Part shown: positions 50,491-59,352 of the stretch, in pieces
Layout: the number at the start of each line of letters is the position of its first letter
Position numbering within the stretch: the stretch's first letter is position 1
Assembly (NCBI GenBank): GCA_963677485.1
Contig: OY781964.1
Span: 940,391 to 1,004,390, forward strand
DNA length: 64,000 bases
Source: Armatimonadota bacterium
GTDB lineage: Bacteria > Armatimonadota > HRBIN16
Direction of reading: 5' to 3'
Made by a program: the position numbers and the translations under genes
The notes under the pieces: model-generated
Database searches by the model: none
Told to the model about the DNA's origin: nothing
What the model saw: only the letters and a program-made list of their open reading frames with translations

Positions 50491-51146
50491 TGAATGAGAT
50501 GAAACCTAACATAGTGGGGCTTGAACCCGCACGGCTGTCTGAGATGCAGCAGCAAGCCGCCTCAGAGGGCTGGCTGCTAGCCACACCCCCCCATTACACC
50601 GATGTCGCCTGGCTAGAGGCACACCAGTCAGAGACGTGCATCCCGGCGTTCTGGTGGCGCTATTCGCAGCCTTTCCAAAGGCTATTGGCGGAACTGCGCA
50701 AGGGCACGATTGGCAACCTGCTGGCCATCAAGCTCAAAGTGGCAATGTCTGGCTCGGACGCCTCGCAGATATGTCCGGCTGGCCTGGATATCTGCCAGAT
50801 CATCGCCGGGTCGGAGCCCACGAACAGCCGTATCAGCCGTCCGACGCCTGCATCAGCGCACAGCATACTGGAGATGAAGTTCGCATCAGGGCTGTTCGCC
50901 AGCAGCGTGCAGATCGGGCATGTTTCGACACGTCCTCCGAGCCTGCATCTGCGCGTCGTCGGCGACACGGGCATACTACAGGCGGAGTTATTCGGGCCGA
51001 TGGTCAACATCAGCAGCGAGGCAGGCTGGCAGTTCCAACCCTACATACAGCACCCCATGGAAACACTCTGGGCAGCACGCCATCAACCAGATGAGCTGTT
51101 CCCTACGATACAGCAAGCTCTAGCCATCGCCTGCGCTCTCCGTTAG
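50490..51146 (+). CDS. Hypothetical protein homologous to the C-terminal part of the adjacent Gfo/Idh/MocA oxidoreductase but lacking the Rossmann NAD-binding motif
   Basis: LLATPPHYTDVAWLEA / AFWWRYSQPFQRLLAELRKGTIGN aligns with LPTPWHLQYVSQALQAG / AHVLRFFPDFAAAHRAIRSGQIGT of upstream gene; no GxGxxG; start overlaps upstream stop. Confidence 0.4.
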   Translation: MNEMKPNIVGLEPARLSEMQQQAASEGWLLATPPHYTDVAWLEAHQSETCIPAFWWRYSQPFQRLLAELRKGTIGNLLAIKLKVAMSGSDASQICPAGLDICQIIAGSEPTNSRISRPTPASAHSILEMKFASGLFASSVQIGHVSTRPPSLHLRVVGDTGILQAELFGPMVNISSEAGWQFQPYIQHPMETLWAARHQPDELFPTIQQALAIACALR

Positions 51147-51215
51147 CATCGGGCCACCGCATCACCGGCGCATCATATTTGCGGCCGGTATCTCGCATTG
51201 ATAAGAGGAAATAGC

Positions 51216-52517
51216 ATGAGTGATTCGAAGGGCAGCATCATACTGACCACAGCCCTGTTGGCAGCCGCACTCAGCGGATGTCAGCGGAAGGTGGCCGACG
51301 GCAAGAAGCACATTCGGTTCTGCGTGATGGGCTCCAAGCAAGAAATCGACCTTGCCAACGGCTTCACCCGAGATTTTGAGAAGAACAATCCCGGCATCAA
51401 AGTGGACATCGAGCCGGTGGCAGGTATGACATACGACAGCAAGCTGGCCATGCAAGCGGCCGCCGGCACCCTGCCCGATGTGATCATGCTGGCCGATTCC
51501 CTCATCCCCACGCTGCAGAAATACCATGTGGTTGAGAACCTGACCCCCTGGATCGCTAAAGATGCCAGTTTCCCCTCCCATGATATCTATCCCCAGATGA
51601 TGGAGACGGGACGAGGGCATGACGGCAATATCTACATGCTGCCCCGTGAGCTGGGCGTGGTGGCGATGTTCTATAACCGCACACTGCTGCGCAAGGCGGG
51701 ACTGCCCGATCCCAAAGCGGACTGGACGTATGACCAGATGAGGGCGATGGCAAAAAAGCTGACCATTCGCGACGCCAAAGGCCGGGTCACTCAATACGGA
51801 TTTACCGCTTCATACGCCTGGGCTGGATTCTATGCCTCTTTCCTGGCAAGCTTCGGCGGCAGCGCACTGGATTACAAGAACCAAAAGGCGACATTAAGCA
51901 GCCCGGCATCACTCAAAGCACTTCAGTGGCTGGTGGACATGGTCGTCATCGATCGGGCGGGTATGCCGCCAAATGCGGTGCTGACCGCTCCGGGTATCGA
52001 CCCCTTCGTGGCGGGTAAAGTGGCGATGTCGATGCAGGTATTTCCACAGGTGCCCATGCTACGACAATCTATGAAGGGTTACGACTGGGATGTGCAGATG
52101 TTGCCAGCCGGTCCTAAGGCTCACTTAGTGAATATGGGTGCTGCCGGATACGGCATGTCCGCTTCATCCGCACACAAACCCGAAGCCTGGCTGCTGCTGA
52201 AGCACATTGTCAGCCAGCAAGGTCAGCGTGCTCTGGCGCGTAGCGGCAGCGGGATCCCAACTTTGAAATCTCTGGCACACGACCCCTGCTGGCGTCCGCC
52301 TGGGTTGCCGCCGCGGAATTTGGATGCGTTCGTGAACTCCGTGCAGTTCGGCATGGGATGGCGAGATATTTTAGTGCTCACGGAGCCTGAGATCAACGAC
52401 GCTGTGACCATGGCGTTTGAACAAAGCTTCAACGGCATTTCAAGTGTGACGGATGCTTTCAGGCAGTGCGACCAGCGGATCAATGCCCTGTTCGCTAAAA
52501 GGAAGGCAGCCGAATGA
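51216..52517 (+). CDS. ABC transporter substrate-binding lipoprotein (carbohydrate uptake, family 1 SBP)
   Basis: AGAGGA SD; lipobox LLAAALSGC; extracellular solute-binding protein length and sugar-SBP-like sequence; followed by two permeases. Confidence 0.8.
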   Translation: MSDSKGSIILTTALLAAALSGCQRKVADGKKHIRFCVMGSKQEIDLANGFTRDFEKNNPGIKVDIEPVAGMTYDSKLAMQAAAGTLPDVIMLADSLIPTLQKYHVVENLTPWIAKDASFPSHDIYPQMMETGRGHDGNIYMLPRELGVVAMFYNRTLLRKAGLPDPKADWTYDQMRAMAKKLTIRDAKGRVTQYGFTASYAWAGFYASFLASFGGSALDYKNQKATLSSPASLKALQWLVDMVVIDRAGMPPNAVLTAPGIDPFVAGKVAMSMQVFPQVPMLRQSMKGYDWDVQMLPAGPKAHLVNMGAAGYGMSASSAHKPEAWLLLKHIVSQQGQRALARSGSGIPTLKSLAHDPCWRPPGLPPRNLDAFVNSVQFGMGWRDILVLTEPEINDAVTMAFEQSFNGISSVTDAFRQCDQRINALFAKRKAAE

Positions 52518-53422
52518 GCACCACCACACCAAAAAGACGAAAACGTATCAGCACCGATGCACTGGCTGCGGCGGTGTTCGTGGCCCCGCTGGTCATTGGA
52601 TTGCTAGTATTCACCGTGTGGCCGATGTTGAACTCCGTGTGGTTAAGCCTCTGCGACTACGATATCTTCTCCGCCCCGAAGTATATCGGCAGCAAGAACT
52701 ATGTGAACCTGTTTCAGGATCCGCTATTCTGGCAAGCTCTGAAGGTCACCTCTATCTACTCGTTCATCAGCGTGCCGTTAGGGCTGATCGCGGGTTTAGG
52801 TCTGGCGATCTTGCTGAACACGAAGATCAAAGGCATGGGCTTATTCCGGACGGTATACTATCTGCCCAGCGTGCTGTCCGGCGTGGCGGTCTCGCTGCTT
52901 TGGTTCTGGATTTTCAACCCAGATTTCGGTCTTGCCAACTACGCGCTGGATAAAATGGGATTGCCACCTGTGGCCTGGCTCACCAGCCCTAAAACCGCGT
53001 TGATGTCGTTGATTTTGATGAGTTTGTGGTCGGTAGGCGGAGCGATGGTGATCAACCTCGCCGGCTTGCAGGGCATCTCCAAAGAGCTCTACGAATCCGC
53101 CAACCTGGATGGTGCCAACGGACTGCAGCAGCTCCGGCATATCACACTGCCAGGTCTGACGCCGGTGATCTTCTACAACCTGGTCATGGGCATCATCGGA
53201 TCCTTCCAGGTATTCACGCAGGCCTTTGTGATGACATCTGGTGGCCCAAGCAACGCCACGCTGTTCTACGTGCTCTACCTGTTCCGACATGCCTTTAACT
53301 ACTTCAACATGGGCTACGCCTCAGCGATGGCCTGGGTGCTGTTCACCATTATTCTGGTGCTCACACTGCTGGTATTTAGGTCTTCCAGCTTCTGGGTCTA
53401 TTATGAGGGAGAAAAGAAGTGA
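52514..53422 (+). CDS. Carbohydrate ABC transporter permease (MalF/UgpA-like)
   Basis: 6 TM helices; EAA-loop region ELYESANLDGANGLQQLRHITLP. Confidence 0.85.
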   Translation: MSTTTPKRRKRISTDALAAAVFVAPLVIGLLVFTVWPMLNSVWLSLCDYDIFSAPKYIGSKNYVNLFQDPLFWQALKVTSIYSFISVPLGLIAGLGLAILLNTKIKGMGLFRTVYYLPSVLSGVAVSLLWFWIFNPDFGLANYALDKMGLPPVAWLTSPKTALMSLILMSLWSVGGAMVINLAGLQGISKELYESANLDGANGLQQLRHITLPGLTPVIFYNLVMGIIGSFQVFTQAFVMTSGGPSNATLFYVLYLFRHAFNYFNMGYASAMAWVLFTIILVLTLLVFRSSSFWVYYEGEKK

Positions 53423-54267
53423 AAAAGAGAAGCCAGCACACTACCGAGCTGATTCAAAAGAGCATCGTCACTGTGATACTGCTCATCGGATCGGTCGGCA
53501 TGTTACTCCCCTTCCTGTGGATGGTCAGCACTGCATTGAAGTCGCCCGATTTCGTGATGGTCTACCCGCCGCAGTGGATACCCAACCCGGTTCGTTGGCA
53601 TAACTTCGTAGAAGCCTGGACCACGCTGCCCTTTACCCTCTATCTGCAGAACACGGTCATCATCACGACTACGGTGATCTTTGGCACGGTGCTGACCAGC
53701 AGCATGGCGGCGTTCGCCTTCGCGCGCCTCAAGTTCAAGGGACGTGAGTGGCTGTTCATGGCCACACTGGCCACGATGATGCTGCCCTCGCAGGTCACCG
53801 TCATCCCCATCTTCCTGATGTTCCGGCACATGGGGCTGTTGAACACCTTCACCCCGCTGACCATCGGTGCCTGGCTGGGCGGTGGTGCCATGAATATCTT
53901 CTTGATGCGGCAGTTCATACTCACCCTGCCGCCGGCACTTGACGAGGCTGCGAAGCTGGACGGCTGCAACCCGTTCCAGATTTACTGGCACATCGTGCTG
54001 CCGTTGATGAGGCCCTGTCTTGCGGTGATCGCAGCCTTCACCTTCCTCGGCACATGGAATGACTTCATGGGTCCGATGATCTACCTGACCACGCCTGACA
54101 AGATGACGCTGGCCCTGGGGCTTCAGTTTTTTCAGGGGCATTATGGCGTGACCACGCATCTTCTGATGGCGGTCTCGCTGGTGGTCATGGCTCCCTGCCT
54201 GCTGCTCTTCTTCTTTGCACAGAAGCAGTTCATCAGCGGCATCACCCTTGGCGGTGTGAAGGGGTAG
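53419..54267 (+). CDS. Carbohydrate ABC transporter permease (MalG/UgpE-like)
   Basis: EAA motif LDEAAKLDGCNPFQIYWHIVLP; 6 TM helices. Confidence 0.85.
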   Translation: MKKRSQHTTELIQKSIVTVILLIGSVGMLLPFLWMVSTALKSPDFVMVYPPQWIPNPVRWHNFVEAWTTLPFTLYLQNTVIITTTVIFGTVLTSSMAAFAFARLKFKGREWLFMATLATMMLPSQVTVIPIFLMFRHMGLLNTFTPLTIGAWLGGGAMNIFLMRQFILTLPPALDEAAKLDGCNPFQIYWHIVLPLMRPCLAVIAAFTFLGTWNDFMGPMIYLTTPDKMTLALGLQFFQGHYGVTTHLLMAVSLVVMAPCLLLFFFAQKQFISGITLGGVKG

Positions 54268-54303
54268 CATCAGGCGTTCAGCGTCAGCACCACTCTTGAA
54301 TTC

Positions 54304-54340
54304 AAGGCAGCCCGTATTTTGCGAATACGGGCTGCCTTGT
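54304..54340. terminator. Perfect 15-bp stem hairpin (loop tttgcga) between convergent ABC-transporter loci; probable bidirectional terminator
   Basis: caaggcagcccgtat-tttgcga-atacgggctgccttg; no strong T tract on either side. Confidence 0.45.
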
Positions 54341-54345
54341 ACGTG

Positions 54346-54722
54346 CGACGGTCTTTCGTTCCGATGGCCGTGTGTGTTCTCGAATTCGGTGGGATGGCCC
54401 TTGTGACCATCTGCGGCATTGGGCAACGTCGCAGCACGAGATAACGGGCCTGTGGCGTAAATAGCGTGTGCGGATGACCACGTTGCCGCGACATCGAATG
54501 GACCCGAATCCTGTTTGTATTTGCGGATCATGGATGGATATCGCGAAGTGATGACGGTCTTTCGTTCCGAACGTGGTGTGCATTCTCATTGAATTCGTAG
54601 GGATGGCCCTTGTGGCCATCCGCGACCATGACCATCAACCGGCCATGATCGCAGCACGAGGTAACGGGCCTGTGGCGTGAAAAGCGTGTAGGGATGACCA
54701 CGTTACCGCGACATAAATGTCT
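54346..54722. repeat. Tandem duplication of a ~206-bp noncoding unit (about 80% identity) containing REP-like hairpins
   Basis: Unit 1 begins gacggtctttcgttccg at 54348, unit 2 at 54554; each contains gggatggcccttgtg(a/g)ccatc(t/c)gcg and gtg(c/a)ggatgaccacgtt(g/a)ccgcgaca. Confidence 0.7.
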
Positions 54723-54843
54723 CGGCTATTGATCAACAAGGCTGCTGAAGCAGCCTACGACGACGTTATCTCTATCGGCACCAAAGGCCCCAGCCCGTTT
54801 CAACGGGCTTTCTGATCAATAGCCGAGACATTTATGTCGCGGA
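54707..54843. repeat. 137-nt element bounded by a perfect 30-bp inverted repeat (ccgcgacataaatgtctcggctattgatca / tgatcaatagccgagacatttatgtcgcgg) with two internal hairpins; third partial copy of the arm at 54889..54904
   Basis: Arms 54707-54736 and 54814-54843 are exact reverse complements; spacer has aggctgc-tgaa-gcagcct and agcccg-tttcaa-cgggct hairpins; gacatttatgtcgcgg repeated directly at 54889. Confidence 0.7.
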
Positions 54844-55000
54844 ATAGGATGGATAGGACTGCGATTTGTATTTGTGGGTAATAGACTGACATTTATGTCG
54901 CGGCATCAGTCACTTACAAATCCTGCTAATCTCTGCCATGAATGGACACCCCGAAATAGATCGAACCCCATCGTCAGCACAGACAAGACCGTGCCAACCC

Positions 55001-56764
55001 TTAGTCGCCGCTCTCCAGGCTATCCAGTGCCACCTTGAACTGCTGGTTATACAACGCCGCGTATTCACCGTCCAATGCCAGCAGCTCCTCGTGGTTGCCC
55101 ATCTCGATGATCTGCCCCTGGCCCATCACGATGATCTTGTCCGCTTTCACGATGGTGCTCAGCCGGTGGGCGATCACAAAACTGGTGCGACCTTCCATCA
55201 ACCGCTCCAGTGCTTGCTGGATGAGCGTCTCGGTTTCGCTGTCCAACTGACTGGTGGCTTCGTCTAGAATGAGGATCCGGGGATTGCTCAACAGCGCGCG
55301 GGCGATGGCCATACGCTGACGCTCCCCACCGGAGAGCTTAACGCCGTCCTCACCGTATTTCATCAGGAAGCCTTTGGGCATCGCCTCGATGACGTGAGCG
55401 ATGTTCGCGGCCTTCGCTGCGTCATACACCTCTTCATCGGTGGCATCCAGTTTGCCATACCGGATGTTCTCCATCAGCGTGTCATTGAACAGCGTGGTCT
55501 CCTGAATGACCACACCGATCTGCTGCTTGAGGCTATCCAGCGTGATGTCGCGAAGGTCCATGCCGTCAATGGTGATCTTGCCCTTGGTGACGTCGTAATG
55601 ACGCTGGAGCAGGTTGACCAGGGTGGTTTTGCCGCTGCCGCTGGAGCCTACTAAAGCCACCATCTGCCCCGGCTTGACGTCGATGTTGATGCCCTTGATG
55701 ACCGGCTGTCCTGGCTCATATTCAAACCAGACATCCTCATACCTGACGCCACCTTGAATTTCGGGCAGCTTCATGGCTTTAGGCGCATTGTCGATGTCTG
55801 GCTTGGTGTCCAGCATGTAGAAGATGCGCTCGAGGGCCGCATTGGTGCGGGCCAGCAGCTCATTCATCTGTATCAACCGCAGGGTAGGCCCATACAGGTA
55901 GCCGCCGATATACATGATGAACGCGTTGAGTGAACCGGGAGTGAGCGAAGGCTCCTTCCCACCCAGGTGCATGACCATCTGCCCGCCAAACCACAGCAGC
56001 ACAGCAGTGCCGATCGCACCGATGAATTCAGCGTTCACCCAGAGGCCTGTTCCCAGGCTTCCCTGGCGGATATTCAGCTTCAAAAGCCCTCGGGTTGTGC
56101 CCACGAATTGGGTGACCTCGTAACGCTCCTGCGCATACGATTTGACCACCGAGACAGCCGCCAGCTTCTCATACAAGTTGCCCAGCATGGTGTCACGCTG
56201 ATCACGCACCAGGCGGCTGTTCCACTTGATGCGCCCGATGAAGGTGAGGTAGTTGGTGACGTAAATGGGGTAAACGCAGAGCGCATAAAGTGCCAGCCAG
56301 GGATTCATCTTGAACACGATGAACAGCGTCGCACCCAGCGTGGCGACGTCGCTGATCAAGGTCGTAAATCCACCGGTCAGCAATGCGTTGACGGTGCCTA
56401 CGTCGTTGACGATGATACTGACCAGCTTGCCCGTCTGGCGCTTCTCAAAGTAGCCCAGCGAAAGGGTCTGCATATGGCTATACAGCTTTTCGCGCATGTC
56501 ATACATGAACCGCTGGCCTAAAGTGGTGACCAGCACGCCCAGGCCGTAACCAACGATGCTGCCCAACAGCGAGATGCCCATAATGGCGGCGAATATCCAC
56601 CAGAGCGGAAATGGTTTACCAGAATAGAGCCTGTCCAAGAGCCAGCCGATGATGCGCGGCATCGGCAGCCCGATGGCGGCCGCACAGAGGGTGAGTATCG
56701 CTACCCATATCATGGTCATGCGATATGGCATGACCTCTTTTATAAATCTGAAGATATTTTTCAT
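55001..56764 (-). CDS. ABC transporter, fused permease/ATP-binding exporter (MsbA/lipid A-type family)
   Basis: 6-TM N-terminal domain; Walker A GSSGSGKTTL, signature LSGGERQRMAIARALL, Walker B ILILDEATS. Confidence 0.88.
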   Translation of the reverse strand: MKNIFRFIKEVMPYRMTMIWVAILTLCAAAIGLPMPRIIGWLLDRLYSGKPFPLWWIFAAIMGISLLGSIVGYGLGVLVTTLGQRFMYDMREKLYSHMQTLSLGYFEKRQTGKLVSIIVNDVGTVNALLTGGFTTLISDVATLGATLFIVFKMNPWLALYALCVYPIYVTNYLTFIGRIKWNSRLVRDQRDTMLGNLYEKLAAVSVVKSYAQERYEVTQFVGTTRGLLKLNIRQGSLGTGLWVNAEFIGAIGTAVLLWFGGQMVMHLGGKEPSLTPGSLNAFIMYIGGYLYGPTLRLIQMNELLARTNAALERIFYMLDTKPDIDNAPKAMKLPEIQGGVRYEDVWFEYEPGQPVIKGINIDVKPGQMVALVGSSGSGKTTLVNLLQRHYDVTKGKITIDGMDLRDITLDSLKQQIGVVIQETTLFNDTLMENIRYGKLDATDEEVYDAAKAANIAHVIEAMPKGFLMKYGEDGVKLSGGERQRMAIARALLSNPRILILDEATSQLDSETETLIQQALERLMEGRTSFVIAHRLSTIVKADKIIVMGQGQIIEMGNHEELLALDGEYAALYNQQFKVALDSLESGD

Positions 56765-56937
56765 TTTTTGTTCCGTCCGCCATATAGCGTTATAGCCATT
56801 TTACCTCTTTACGTGGGCCTATGCCTACTTTTATTCGGCGGTACGGTGGAAAACAACACATTCCGAATTGCTACGTAACTACTCAGCCACGAGTGAACTA
56901 TGTCGAAGCCAATGACCGGTTAACCTGCTGATCACCT

Positions 56938-57178
56938 CCGGACACCCACAGAGTGGGTAAGACTCTTTATAGCCACGGGTGAGCGAAGCGATACCCGTGG
57001 GGGGCAGGCCCAAATATCTACCCCGAAGGGGTCTTCTGTGGCGTCTTGAAAGTGCGGCAACCGCGAATAGGTACGACCCACTTCGGGGTAGGATCACTTG
57101 CAAGCTGACCAGGGGTTACGCTTCGCTTACCCCTGGCTGTAATGAATCTTACCCACTTCGTGGGTGTCCGCAGGACCT
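56938..57178. repeat. ~240-nt imperfect palindrome composed of nested hairpins (two inverted copies of a gacacccacNNNgtgggtaag...ccacgggtgagcgaagcgatacccgtgg module flanking two ccccgaagggg-type hairpins)
   Basis: 56941-56999 is reverse-complementary to 57118-57178; inner ctaccccgaaggggtc (57019-57034) vs gacccacttcggggtagg (57075-57092); located in 500-nt gap between two minus-strand genes. Confidence 0.65.
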
Positions 57179-57264
57179 CTGCTGTCAATAGTCTATATGC
57201 AGATAGAATATCGCTGAGGATTCTGATTGTTGAGTGGATTCGTATTAAAAATATCGGCACATGG

Positions 57265-58311
57265 TTAGCTCTTGGCTGTCGGCGTGAACCGCACACCCGG
57301 GGCCGAATATCGGCGCCAACGCGGCGTGAAGGTGGTATAGCTCAGTATCATGCTGCCCATTCGGAAACAACTTAGCGCCCATTGGGGCCACATCACCAGC
57401 CAGATGGCAAACAACATGAAGGGGTAGTTGGCGGCCGTCTGCCAGCCCGGGTTACGCAGCAGCCAGGCCGTATAACCGCCAGCAGCCCAGAGCACATACG
57501 GTTGGCTGACCGCGAAACCTGCCGCCACCAGCCAAAGCTGGCCAGCCTGTATGCTGCGGGTTGGACATGTGCCGATGCACCTCATGCAGCTTTCACAGCG
57601 GAAGCTCCACCACGGATGGCCATTGACCAGGCTGATGGCCTGCACAGGGCACTGCCGGACGCACATCCCGCAGCTATTGCAGCTGTTATCTGCGTAGAGC
57701 ATCTTGGCCAGCATGAACCGTCCGATCAACAGGTAAGCAAGGCTGATTTGCCACAACAACAGGCCGAACGTGAGACTAATGAGGCTGCCCAGCGGGAAAC
57801 GAAGGTGCCCCCTGACCAGCGTCTTGACATAATGCTTCACCTTGAGCTCCGCTCGGCCGATGATGGTGCGGACAGATGTCTCCCGCATCCCCGGGTGGAC
57901 CGCCAGCCAGTTGCAAGGCATATCCACCGCCATCACTCCGCGGACATGGTAGCCCTTCAGGAATAAAATGAGTGCCAGCAAATATCCGGTGGTGCCCTCA
58001 AAGCCAGGTATATGTGTGCCATACAGTTTCGTACCAGCCCGGGCAGGCATCACGAAAGCCCGGCAGCCTTTGGGGGCGATTGGCATTTTGAGGGTGTGTG
58101 AAATGGCGGCCCATGGTGCGGTGAAGCCGTGCGTGGGACAGATGATGCCCACCAAGCCGGTGTTTGGATCGACATGGCTGGGGGTATGGCGGCCAATCTG
58201 CACGATCTGGCTTGTATATCCCATCGACCTCATTTGCTCCGAGGCCCAGTCAGCCATTCTGTAACAGTTGCCCGTCCCGCTGAAAACATGTAGTTCTGCG
58301 TGTTTAAGCAT
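57265..58311 (-). CDS. Flavodoxin-like / 2x[4Fe-4S] ferredoxin-domain protein (EFR1-family-like) with C-terminal hydrophobic region
   Basis: Two ferredoxin motifs CNSCGMCVRQCP and CESCMRCIGTCP; N-terminal flavodoxin-like VFSGTGNCY; several TM-like helices after the Cys clusters. Confidence 0.55.
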   Translation of the reverse strand: MLKHAELHVFSGTGNCYRMADWASEQMRSMGYTSQIVQIGRHTPSHVDPNTGLVGIICPTHGFTAPWAAISHTLKMPIAPKGCRAFVMPARAGTKLYGTHIPGFEGTTGYLLALILFLKGYHVRGVMAVDMPCNWLAVHPGMRETSVRTIIGRAELKVKHYVKTLVRGHLRFPLGSLISLTFGLLLWQISLAYLLIGRFMLAKMLYADNSCNSCGMCVRQCPVQAISLVNGHPWWSFRCESCMRCIGTCPTRSIQAGQLWLVAAGFAVSQPYVLWAAGGYTAWLLRNPGWQTAANYPFMLFAIWLVMWPQWALSCFRMGSMILSYTTFTPRWRRYSAPGVRFTPTAKS

Positions 58312-58464
58312 AATGGTTCCTCAAGCTTATGATAGTGCAAGTTGGCCTGCGGTGCAATGGGGAAGGAGGAAGGAGCGGAGGAGAATAGGAGTGGAGTAGT
58401 GGAGGGAGCCAATCGGGAGATTGGCTTTCCCAAGGCTCCCCATCACCCGCCTCCGCACCCTGCC

Positions 58465-59352
58465 CTACCGATCTGGATCGAACGGCTGGCCAAGACCGGT
58501 GTTGCGGGTGAACACCTCCGGCCGATCTGGCTCCACCAAAGCCTTATACCTGCCCGGACGGCGGAAGGCAGCACCCCAAATGGTGCTCTGGCGTATCTGT
58601 CGAGTCTGCTCTATATCAAACCGCCCCCACAGAATCTGCTCCGTATCGTCTGCCATGGCTTGAACCGCACCCGTGGCGTCGACGGTCATACTCCGGCCCT
58701 GGTAGTCAGGTCCAGCGTAGTTCGTCATGGCTATGATCATACTGTTCTCCATTCCGCGCACGCTGAACTGCTGGATCCGGTCAGGTGGAAGCACACAGGC
58801 GTTGGGGGTCAACACCAGTTCCGCACCCTTCAGCATATTTACCCGGGCACTCTCAGGAAACTCGCGGTCATAGCAGATCATGGCGCCAGTCATCACCACG
58901 CCCTGTTTGGTGTCCAAGGGAGCCACATACCAGTCTTCACCGGGGGTGGTAGAGGCCTCGAAGCTGGAGAAGTCGCAGGTGTGGACCTTAGCGTAGGTGA
59001 ACAGCTCCATGCCATGGCGGTCGAACAGAGTGACCGCGTTTCGAGGTGCCCCCGGCCATTGTTGCAGGTATCCCACCGCGATAGCGATCTCCAATTCGCG
59101 TGCCAGTCGGGAGAAGTGCTGCACCCAGGTCCCGCTGGTCGCAACCGCCTGCCCTTGCCATTCAGCGATCGTCTCTGGATCGGTTCCTTCAAAGCCGGTA
59201 TAACCGATGTTCAGCATCTCCGGCGTGAGTGCGATGTCGGCACCCTCTCGGGCTGCCTGGCGGATGTAGCCTTCGGCGTGCTCCAGATTGAGCTGCTGGT
59301 TGTTGCCCTGTGGTCCGACTTGTATACATGCGATGGCAAGTTGCTGAGTCAT
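58465..59352 (-). CDS. Carbon-nitrogen hydrolase (nitrilase superfamily)
   Basis: IACIQVGPQ..., catalytic triad regions including E (ALTPEM), K, and C in MICYDREFPE. Confidence 0.8.
   Translation of the reverse strand: MTQQLAIACIQVGPQGNNQQLNLEHAEGYIRQAAREGADIALTPEMLNIGYTGFEGTDPETIAEWQGQAVATSGTWVQHFSRLARELEIAIAVGYLQQWPGAPRNAVTLFDRHGMELFTYAKVHTCDFSSFEASTTPGEDWYVAPLDTKQGVVMTGAMICYDREFPESARVNMLKGAELVLTPNACVLPPDRIQQFSVRGMENSMIIAMTNYAGPDYQGRSMTVDATGAVQAMADDTEQILWGRFDIEQTRQIRQSTIWGAAFRRPGRYKALVEPDRPEVFTRNTGLGQPFDPDR

Noticed and set aside
54270-54619. Minus-strand ORFs 54270..54494 and 54302..54619 (Arg/His-rich peptides)
   Set aside because: They fall in the tandem-repeat/REP region, have no SD and low-complexity composition. 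The two repeat units are not conserved at the amino-acid level in frame.
54346-54910. Possible CRISPR array, given the regularly spaced repeats
   Set aside because: Repeat units are about 206 bp (far longer than CRISPR repeats) and contain no short unique spacers. No cas genes are nearby, and the repeats are palindrome-rich REP-like units instead.
56938-57178. Nested palindrome as a known ncRNA (RNase P, tmRNA, SRP, 6S, riboswitch)
   Set aside because: None of the hallmark conserved motifs of those RNAs are present. Symmetry about a central axis is more typical of inverted REP/BIME or duplicated elements.
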